This document shows, piece by piece, positions 53,960-64,000 of a stretch of 64,000 bases of DNA. The stretch's first letter is position 1, and the number at the start of each line of letters is the position of its first letter. The notes under the pieces were generated by a model. It searched no databases and was not told the origin of the DNA. It worked only from the letters and a program-made list of their open reading frames with translations. The stretch spans positions 1-64,000 of the forward strand of contig CAJVPI010000056.1 of the NCBI GenBank assembly GCA_910592345.1. Direction: 5' to 3'. Made by a program: the position numbers and the translations under genes. Origin of the DNA: Paraglomus brasilianum (Eukaryota).

Positions 53960-55239
53960 ACTAATGCAGCGCTGCTCATACAATTAATTTTATTGCCGAT
54001 GATAGGTTAGAACTGACTCTAAATTTTATTTCATTTTGCCTGCTGCTTTTATTGCAGCATTCCTCATAAAGAAATTGAATAACTGTCCGGCGAATGAATT
54101 TATTTCATGTTGTATAACGATAAGCGATGAAGATGCCTGTGTAAATCTTATTCACCGTTTGAAGAGCATGAATATGGTTCCTGTCAATCTTCCTTCTCAA
54201 AGTTGGATCATTTTCAGTCAAGTATGGCATGATCTAGCTCAAGCCTATCAATTAATTTCATCTTTCCTGCGCGCTATTTTCTTTCAGTAATAATCGCAGT
54301 CAACTGATTCGTAAGCCGATCCCCATATGAAGAGTAATTATCGCGTAAGCAAGACTTTCGAACTCTGAACGCGTCTATGTTGTTGCCGTCAACACCAGCA
54401 TAGTAATAGGTCAAATCATCGTGACTGAGCGTTACGGATGTTTTAGTGTCTGATTATAATCCGTTTACTCCTCCTTTCGAAGAGGCCGATCTTCCTCCTT
54501 TTTGATGGTTCCACGCGTTACTGTAGTGTGGACTCCGCTTACTCCTCAACTGTTTTGGTTGGAATCGTGAGCATGTTCTGTTCAGAGATGAATGGAAAAA
54601 TGTGCGATATACTTATGGATTACTTTTTACTGTTCCTTTTCACATATGTTACGTGTTCACACTACCCTAATTAGACACTCACATAGTCGAGACTCGTCTT
54701 CTACAATAAACATCTATCAATTCCGCAACAACAAGTATCAAAATCACCCTGAAGCGAATGTAAAAAAGTGGGGGCTTGAGCCAATGATGGGACATTGTTT
54801 AGCGCAGCATTCGCTATTGCAATCACATATTTAACTCTAATATGCTTTCGATCTGTTCGATAGTACGTTATCTATATATCGATCTCTATTGTTGCGATTG
54901 TCATAATTTAACAAATTGAGGCAAGGTGTTCGATTGATAGTATTAATTTTACACATGGCCGGAATCTACAAGCTTATCGTGCCGGTGGTCCTGTGAACGG
55001 ATCTGTTTACTAAGGGTTGACAGTCTTAGTCGCTGGAGATAGATCTAAACATATTCACTGTTTGAAATGACAAGGACATGCTTCTGATACTAGTCACTGA
55101 CGGAACAGGCGAATTAGTCGTGTGATGGAGCCTGATCAGAAAGTGTGGAAAGATTGGTGGTATGGAAGGAGCCAGAAAGGATGTACGGATAAAGAGGAAG
55201 GTTGTCGGAAAGAGTACAATACACGGGAATCAAATATAC

Positions 55240-55900
55240 ATAGTCAACCTCGTTAATCCGAAGAAATATTCTGGTCCCGATTTATTAATAAGAAATTAAC
55301 CTCGTTTATCCGAATTTTTATGTATAATCCGCAATCCGAAGGCAGTTGTGAAAAACTTATATAAAAATTCCTCGTTAATCCGAAGATTTTTGTTAATCCG
55401 AAGAATCTCATCAGCTTATAAAGCTTAACTCTCTCTTTGAACATAATGAACCGTAAGCCAAAAAGACAAAAGAAAGAATTGAAGATTGCCGAGATAGATA
55501 ATCATTTACTTGGAGAAACTGAGAGAATACCAATTGATGAAGACGTTTTAGAAATTGTCACAAGCATTGAAACACCAGAACCGTGTGAAGAATACGAGGA
55601 TGAAAGCATCGACAAGAATATGCGACAAAATTCGTCATCAATCCCGCCTTGTAGTCGATCTTAGAGAATGATTAAAGTACTTGAAACACAAAGTAAGCGA
55701 CAACTATATCTTGACAGTTTTTTCGCACCTCAAAGCGAGACGACATAATCAGATGTTAGCAGGTGAAAGCGTGTAGAACCATTTTGTGTACGTTGTGATA
55801 ATCTAACTAAACAATAATAAAGACTTAAGTTGTAAACCGAATAATTATTGAATCCAATAGCAAGTTCGGATTATTGAGAACAAACCTAGTTAATCCGAAG
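55240..55900. mobile_element. Decayed pogo/Tc1-mariner-like element remnant
   Basis: Starts TAGTCAACCTCGTTAATCCGAA. The GTTAATCCGAA-type motif recurs at ~55250, 55300, 55371, 55392 and 55889, with an inverted copy at ~55865. Contains a short acidic ORF fragment (55437-55664). Confidence 0.55.
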
Positions 55901-56474
55901 ATGACCATTCTTCGTAACTTGCTAATGCCTGAATGCTGCACTATAAAATTTGCAAACTTTCGATCCAAGTACCCTGATTCATCTGTTCGAGTAACTATTA
56001 TTGCCGGCGAAATCACGTTTCCAAGTGTTCCTTCTGTTTTCTCCCGGTTTTCGTTAACTATCCTTCTACTCTTCCTCCTACATAGCATATCGACACCGCC
56101 ACCACTTTTTCTTTATCAGCAGAGTCAAGGGTTCGTGAAGTTAAAGAAGGTTGATGTTTTTCAATTTGGCTAACCGGCCATTGGGCAAAATCTGAATGAA
56201 CCCTCCGAGAAGAACCCAGGCTAGGTCAACGCCGTCATATTTTTTGCGGTCAGGGTAACATCAAAGTCTATATACTTCCTTCCACTCTTTTTCTAGAACA
56301 GTAGGGATTTATTAACTTTTACATTACTATTCACGTTGTACTCAGTTCTCTAATCTTTCTATACCATGCCGTCGATCTCGTCTCCCATTACGCTCGCTAT
56401 CTCCATGCACCGATTTTTCCGACAGAAACTAAACATAATACCTAATAGCTGTTATACAATATATTGTTTTTTCC

Positions 56475-57301
56475 TTAGTATTTATATTTCGTAGAATAGT
56501 CCTTCGGGGATACAACAAGACCTCTCCCCTTTCGTGCTCCCCGATAAACAGTCTCAATTATGTCTATAAGTTCTTGTTTGTCCTCAAGCGCCTGTGCAAA
56601 TGGGTGATTGATAATGAGTGATTGATTGATAATGAAAGAGATGCGAAATGCTAAATATGGCGTCGGAAATTATAGTTTAGATTCAGTATTACTCTATTGC
56701 TTACCCAATTGATTTTGTTATTGTTTCCTGTTCCTAAATCGATCATTATGTGTTTGTTGCGGAAGAAAAACATCACAGTGCATGGATCATAAAGTTCGTA
56801 CATCTACAAAGAAATCATTTGAGTTAGATCGTATACAGAAACAGCCTTAATGTTAGAGAGCAGTCATAATTACTTTATTAAAATCGGGTACTTCAGTAAT
56901 GTCAGCCTACAAAAGCAGCAGGTCAGTAAGCGTAAGCTTAAACGATAAATAATTCACTTTTTACTTAGCATGCATAGCTCACCAAGTAAATGACAGCAAA
57001 ATTCTTGACCTTCTCAGCGATACCATACAACGTCTCGTCCATCTTCATACACGTCGGATCCTGCATTCAAACTAATGTGAGTTATGTTTACTTACTACTC
57101 TATCCTCATAGACACATTAATACTCACCCAATCATGTCCAAACCTAATCACAACCACCCTATCTTCTTCTGACAGAATGGCTTGGTCAACTTGCCACCCT
57201 TAGAAGCAAAGAATCAGATATTAAATTAGCAACGTTTTGCTTAAAATATGTGGATAATAATAATAGTTACCGTTAGTCAAGTGAGGAAGAAAGTAAGACA
57301 T
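56475..57301 (-). CDS. DIB1: U5 snRNP thioredoxin-like protein Dib1/TXNL4A (6 exons; absent from the ORF track)
   Basis: MSYFLPHLTNG|WQVDQAILSEEDRVVVIRFGHDW|DPTCMKMDE...MYELYDPCTVMFFFRNKHIMIDLGTGNNNKINW...GRGLVVSPKDYSTKYKY*. Confidence 0.97.
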
Positions 57302-57992
57302 TGTTGTGTCCGACCAAAAGTTTGCATATCATGTATTTCTATTATGACTAAGATCGTCGTACACCCCCAAAATAAGATACAGAATTTTGCCATACCGGGA
57401 AAGTTTTGTCTCTATTCTTTATTTTGAGTTTTCGAGGTCTGCACACATTATTCTTTATTTTGATGATTCTAGTGAATAAAGGAGAACTTGCGGTGTTTCT
57501 GGACCGGAAGTACAATTATTTTGATTCCCTCAAAGTAGTCTCCATTAACATCTGTGCAATGTTGCGGACCATTCTGCCAACTCTGGAAGGTACTTCTCAT
57601 AGTCAGCTTTTGGGATGGTGTCAACGACTGCCTCTGAACAGCCATTGCCAAATTTCAACACTAGTAAAACTTTCTTGATTCGAAGGAATAAGATCTTGAC
57701 AACATGGAATATTGGGAATTTTGAGGTCAATGTTGATGAAGGTTTTGCGTTCCTTTAGGTCAGCTGACTTTGTCACTGCTTCGCAAGGACACCACCCAGA
57801 ACGAGCTTTGTCAAGAATGTTTTCATGTCTATCCCTTGAATGCTTTCTGCATTGACCAACTCACGAAATGTATTGTCATTCCCCAAAAAAACAGTTTCTC
57901 GAAATGAATTTTTGTGTTCATTAATTCCTATTTTTGATAGGTCGGATTGGCATAAAACTTTTCTGCAACCCACACGTATTTTTGGTTCGAAT

Positions 57993-60029
57993 ATGCCGAA
58001 GTCAAGTAACCTCAAAACTGACCGACCAAAATCAAAAAACAAGTCTGCTGCCAATCCCTCTCCTGTCACCCTTTCTCTCTCTTCTCGCAACCTCACTTCT
58101 CTCGCGTCAATTCCTCTCACTGCTTACCCACCGGAACGAGTGGATCTGTCGAAAAACAAATTGAATTCTCTCGGTGGCCTGGAGAAGTTGCAATTAGAGA
58201 AGATTAAATGGCTCAATTTGTCTTATAATGAACTGCAGAGTTGCGATGGACTGGGAAAGTGTCGGAATCTAAATGGTTGGTAGGAGAAAAGAGTGTTCCA
58301 GAACAAAAACTTGTGGAACGTATGTTTGGAAATTGTATGGCATTTGCTCAATAATGCGACTCTATTGATGTGTGCTTGACGAAAACTATTAAATTGATAT
58401 TAGCCCTACAACTAACATGCCACATAGTCGCTTTCTAATCCGATCAAGGATAGAGGAATAAAGTGCATTCCTGTATGTGATTGAGTTGTGAAGACATCTA
58501 GAATCGTTTTTCTTACTCTCATCCTTTTGGTTGAAACGCATGAAACCTAGTGTTGTATCTTTCGAATAACAAAATATCGCGAATATCATCGCATTTGCTC
58601 TTCCTCATGCGGCTTAATGCTTTGATGCTAAACAATAACGAAATCACAGAAGTTGAATATATTGGAAGTTTAACCACATTGAATACAATAGGTAAGAAAG
58701 CTTCGCATTTATGATACTGTCTAATACAATGCCATGCTAATCCGATGTTTAACTTTTAACGGCTGCATTCACGCTTTCTGGTGTTTATGTGTTCAAGTTC
58801 TTTCGCATAACAAGATAGCCGTTCTCCCACCTTTTCCTCGTCTAACAGACTTAATCAAACTCTCTGCAACTCACAACTCAATAACGGAAACTCCGGATCT
58901 ATCATTTAATACAAAATTGAAAGAATTGAGATTAAGTCATAACAATATTAAAACCCTACCAGAGTCCTTGAAGGAATGTATCGCGTTAGAGGTATTTGAA
59001 GTCGGACATAATGAGATTGAAAATTGGAGGTAGGATTTTATGAAGCATAAGAAGTTGGGATCACGAAAATCTTTAATAACTAGTCGTTGTTTAGAGATAT
59101 CGAAGTGCTATCTTCATTGAAAAATTTGCATAACTTGGGTTTAAAAGGGAATCCTATTTGCTCACGAACAGATTACAATCGCGACAAGGTATATGTAATT
59201 GCCATATAAGCTTCCTAGTTCTTGACGCTCTACTCTAAACAAAAAACTACAGCTAAATCGACTTTTTCATAATTGTTTTCAGGTTGTATCTCTAGTACCT
59301 TCTCTTCGAATCCTTGACGGTGACAGATTTGATCCGAAGTACTTAGAAATAAAGTCAAAACGAGCCCAATTCTTAAAAGCTCAAGAGGCAATAAGGAAAA
59401 GGAAAGAGAAAAAGAAAGAAAAGAACGAAAGGCTTGCAAATCAGAAGTACGAAAATGATGATGAAGAAGGAAAGAGATATGAAGGAACATTGAAGATCGA
59501 TCATGGGACAGAAGATATAAGCGAGAACATGAAAGGAAATAAAAACACAGGATATGGGGAAAGCCAGAATAAGAATGACGACTTGGAGGACGATAAAGAC
59601 TATATGAGGAAACAAGTTAAAATCGAGAAAGAGAAATATGCGAGGGAGAAACAGAAAAGTAGCAAGCACAAGAGAGAGAGTGAGGATGATGTAAATAATA
59701 AGAAGCCGAAGAAGTCGAGTCCACTAGAGAACTCAACAGTATCGCGGCGAGAAGGGGATACTGAGGATCAAACGGAGGTGCATTCCTTAGCATCACTATC
59801 GGATCTCCCCAAAGCTACATCTCCAACTATAGAACTACCCACTTCGGCAAGTGGTGTGTTGGGTAGTGTAAATGTCACGGGGGTCGTAGCTGTGAAAGAT
59901 TTCTCTGATAAACGGAGTAAAGAGAAGAGAATGCGCGCGTTTGATGTTGAAGCTTGGGAGCGAATAATAAGAGAGAATGAGAGCGGAGGTATTGGGAATG
60001 GCGGTGACGGAAAGTCGGCCTGGGATTAG
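57993..60029 (+). CDS. SDS22-like leucine-rich repeat protein with charged C-terminal tail
   Basis: LxLSxNxL/I repeats over several exons, LRR cap LKGNPIC..Y..VPSLRILDG and C-terminal GNGGDGKSAWD*. Confidence 0.82.
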
Positions 60030-60446
60030 CTCACAGAAGTAAGAGAGCAGACTAGGAAGTGAAAATTTGTCCGTTACATTTGATGTCGACTTTAGCGGTG
60101 CAGATTAATAAAGTATAACGTTTATAAATTATTGAAGTAAGCAATAAATTTTAGGTGATAAACTTTAGTACGATCCGGTCACATGGGAAATTAAAAAACA
60201 CGCCATGTGCGTTCATATATCATGTGATTGTAAGCCTAATAAGCCAAGGACGAGGATTGGTCGAAAAAAATTATAAATACGAAAAATTTTCATCTTACTC
60301 CGTCATTTTCGCCATCCCCAACTCTTTACAAAAAGCGACCCCTACCTTGTCAACCTATCTTATCCTGAGAACACCATTTTTTTACTCGTTTTTTTTGAAG
60401 AAACTTTGGCTTTTCCCCCCTCTATTTCAAACCCCTCGACCACTTC

Positions 60447-60693
60447 ATGTTTTGTTCACCAAACGAAAATAGTTATACTTTTGTTCATAAGCGCCAAAAT
60501 TTTTATAGGAAACAGTTGACGAAGCACAAACGTAAGCAATATTACTAGACAAAAAGTACATACATATCGTCGTATGTATAATTGTGCTAGCTTCCTTTAG
60601 AATACGTAAAGCGGTTGTATTATGACAGGCTTTTTGTGTTTCTCTCTCTAACATTTCTCTCGTAAAATGTATTATGTTGTAGGGATTTACTAA
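60447..60693 (+). promoter_or_regulatory. Poor-context uORF in the eIF5 5' leader
   Basis: CACTTC-ATG-T at 60447. After removal of intron 60532-60682 it reads 31 codons to TAA at 60691-60693, 2 nt before the main ATG. Confidence 0.7.
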
Positions 60694-60695
60694 AC

Positions 60696-62328
60696 ATGAG
60701 TACCCTCAATATTGGCGGAAATGAAAAGGACCGTTTCTATCGGTATAAAATGCCAAAACTTATTGCAAAGGTAGAGGATTCGTAATATGATAAATGTCAC
60801 GTGAGCGTATTGTATTTGATTGCCTCGTCACTCTAACCATAAACAAATTTCATGCGTTTAGATTGAAGGTAGGGGAAACGGGATAAAGACTGTTGTTCCT
60901 AATATGTCCGATATCGCCCGTTCCCTGGGACGTCCACCAGCTTGTAAGTATTTGAACAGGACCTTTTAATTTATATTGAGAGTGATACTGATTCGCATTA
61001 TCAAATGTGCCCCCCCTAGACGCCACGAAATTCTTTGGATGTGAGCTTGGTGCCCAAGTAAAATGTGATGAAAAGAATGATCGTTATATTGTTAATGGCG
61101 CTCACGAAGCCGCTAAACTTCAAGAATTACTTGATGCATTCATAAAGAAATATGTACTTTGTGGTGAATGTAATAATCCTGAGACTGATTTGGTAAGATC
61201 GATTGTCCAAGTCGAACGAGATTGGATGAATGTTAAATTGTAGTGGAATACTTATCGACTAATTCTTTCTTTCTTTCTTTAGATCATCATACCGAAAAAC
61301 GAAAAAATTATCCGTGATTGCAAGGCCTGCGGCCAACGAACCGAAGTCGATATGCGCCATAAACTTGTTACTTTTATTCTGAAGAATCCACCAAACCCTC
61401 CCAAGGGTAAATCCAAAAAAGAAAAGTCCGACAAAACCAAGAAATCTAAATCAGAAAACGGTCCAGTATCGCCGACAACCAACTCCTCGGAGGGCTCGGA
61501 CGACGAACTTACACGACGCATCCGAGAAGAAGCCGCAATGTTGCCCACGGCTGAAGAAACTGGTGTCGATGAGGATGATTGGGCTGTTGATACTTCTGCG
61601 GAGGCAGTTAAAGAACGGATGAGAGACTTGGAGGCGAACGTTACGAAAGCGCTTGTATTGGATGACGACTATGATGACGACGATGATGATGAGAAAGAGT
61701 CATTTGGAGAATGGCTGGAGGAGAATAAAACTTTGGGCAATAAAGAGATTTACGGCATGATCAAGCAGTTTGGTATTGCCAAAGACAAAGAACAAGTATT
61801 GCAGAAACTCGTTTTGGGATTGTTTGACGACAGTTTCAAGAAAGATACATCAATTACGAAGCAAATCAAGAAAAGGGCAAAGATATTCCTGAAGGTATGC
61901 AACTACTTTATAATTTGATCTTGTTTTAAACTATTTAGTGTACTAGGTTTGTTTATTGTTATAGTCATAATACTGATAAATCGTAATTTTCATACTCTAC
62001 GCAGTTTGTTCAAACTACAGACGATCAGCATATTCTCCTTGGAGCCATTTCTATGCTCGTCGGGGTTGAACGTAGAGAACTTTTTGAAAGCAGGATTATC
62101 TGCAAAATTCTCATGGAACTCTATCAGAACGATATCTTATGTGAAGAGGTTATTCAAGCTTGGATTGAGGGTAAAGACTCCGCTAGTTATAAGGCTTTGT
62201 TTAAAAAGACAGCTGACAATATGTATGTAAGTGAGACAATTAGCAAAGAGGTTAGGAACAAGGCAATGCCTTTCGCCAAATGGCTTGAGGAAGCCGAAGA
62301 GGAGGATGATGATGACGATGAGGAATAA
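60696..62328 (+). CDS. TIF5: Translation initiation factor eIF5, multi-exon
   Basis: [53 protein letters not shown] and W2 tail [12 protein letters not shown]. Confidence 0.96.
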
Positions 62329-63399
62329 ACATATAGTATAGTAATATTGAATTGGTTGGTTGAGTTGCATATAACACTTATTCAGCATACGTATTAAGTA
62401 TTATAATAAAGGGATTTGTTGTAAAAATTGCTCGTGTCTCACCCTCCATTTGTTGGAGTGCAATCACACTCCTTGTGCCGGCGAAGGGAGTGTGACAATT
62501 AACTTTCAATTAATCGGAATTAATCGGCAATTTACAGCACATATTAATATGGTACAATAGCGCCGTAATAATAAAAAGATTTCAGGAGTTCAAAACAGTT
62601 AGCGGCAAAGGCACAAAAAAATTATCGATCGTTGACCTTGGGATTTAGCTATTTCGACAGTTAGTATTAGTATTAGTGATCTGTAAATTATGTCGATCGG
62701 TGGACATTAGTCCTAGACTTAGTCCTAAACAGTTATTCGCCCTCGAGTTAATCGACTATTTCTTTTCGATGGAAGCCTACAGGTTGGGGTATACCTATAT
62801 ATATCTCAAACGCAGTTCACAATTATATCGGCCAGGGAACGAATCGTCGTATAAAGAACTACGTATTAGTATATTCCCCGATTCTGCGCAGCTCCGGTGG
62901 TTTCACAAGGACGTTACCTATATCGGGACAACGTATTGCGCGCGCAACAACTTTCCGCTAGATTTGACTATTACAGTCAACCCGATCCATGGATGTTGTG
63001 TTTCAATGCTTTGATGTATCTTACCTGCCAAACCTGAACAGTAATACCAGTAGGTTGTTGCATATCTCCCTGCATAAGACTGATGATAACATTTTGAGAG
63101 GATAAGACTTAACATTAAAATCAACATGATAACAACACGCAAATTCATCTATATCTTCAATGATTTCCGCCAAGTCACCTGCCATTTCCTTTGCTGATTA
63201 TCAAAAATCGGCTCTAATATTTCAAAAAAGTCTACATTGTCATAATCTTCGTTTTCTTCCAGTTCAAGTGGTATTTTCTTTTTTGCTGTCTTTTTCTGAT
63301 GAGCTGTTCTGCTACGGCAAAATTTACAAGTACGATAATGCTTTACAACACTTTCACACATGAGTTTAATTAATCGCTCTCCCGCAGTAGTTGGCACGA

Positions 63400-63850
63400 C
63401 ATGTTGAAAAGATAAGGTTTTATATTAGGGCAATCTTCAATTACTAACTCTTCTAATTGACAATTATCATCTACCAAAGAAGTAAGATTAGGGCAGTTTT
63501 AACTGCTATTTTCCTTCTCATCCTGCTTCATTTGATATCAGGATTATTAATAGAAATTAGTTAAGGTTCTATGGCATTAATTTATGTATCTCCTTCTGTT
63601 GGTAAACCTAAAGCATCTAGCTTTGTTTTTCTGCCATCAGATAGTTTGTTATCCGAATAAGAATTTTTAAGTTGGTTAGTTCACTATCAGTAAGTCTATT
63701 TACAGTATAATCTTTTATGTTTAGACTTTGAAGTTTATTATGCAAAGTAATAACTTTTTCAGTTCTGGGCACTTTGGATAATCTGTTATTACCTAAATTT
63801 AAACAAGTTGATTTAGAAAGTTTTCGATTTAGATTACTAATTTTTCAACA
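63400..63850 (-). pseudogene. Decayed leucine-rich repeat gene
   Basis: Fragments CLNLGNNRL, KCPELKKL, HNKLQSLNIKD and NCPNLTSL..NCQLEELVIEDCPNI across frameshifts. Very AT-rich, no introns seen. Confidence 0.55.
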
Positions 63851-64000
63851 CTAACACCGGATTTATGCTTATCAATAGTCTTTATCGTATTAATATTTAG
63901 TTCAGTGCCTTAGCCGGGCATATGGCCATTCTTTGTTTTCATATTCTTTGTTGACATGAGAAAGTTATGTCATTATTATAGTAATAGACATGTATAAATA

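Noticed and set aside
55171..55180. Match (GCCAGAAAGG) to the putative Fanzor guide junction
   Set aside because: Only about 10 bp and it does not extend, which is compatible with chance.
54000..56420. Coding-like fragments around the pogo remnant
   Set aside because: Many stops in all frames and no family recognised.

Overview
Eukaryotic nuclear DNA from an early-diverging fungus. Gene content, short introns, Crinkler-like relics and endosymbiont-like DNA point to Mucoromycota, most likely Glomeromycotina (inference). The core (about 6.8-62.4 kb) is compact and intron-rich. It holds beta-carbonic anhydrase, a Myb-repeat gene, BZW/5MP, RIC1, a Gly/Asn/Pro-rich membrane protein, glucuronokinase, a Jsn1/Puf2-like PUF-RRM gene, TFIIB, an orphan gene with a recombinase-like N-terminus, a Fus3/Kss1 MAPK, PEP4, TOM7, head-to-head SPT5/SPT6, DIB1, an LRR gene and eIF5. 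Both ends of the window are AT-rich decayed accessory DNA. Five signals are not visible in the ORF track. (1) An internally deleted IS607-TnpB/Fanzor2 remnant at about 30.7-31.25 kb (minus strand) keeps a structured, omegaRNA-like right end. (2) An island at about 1.3-4.3 kb has reading frames that open when TGA is read as Trp, which suggests Mollicutes-endobacterium DNA; it includes a Sola-type transposase. (3) There are two U12 minor-spliceosome introns, AT-AC in RIC1 and GT-AG in the MAPK. (4) eIF5 has a poor-context uORF and its antagonist BZW has a poor-context AUG. (5) SPT5 and SPT6 share a 196-bp bidirectional promoter. All exon boundaries and family calls were made by eye, without searches.
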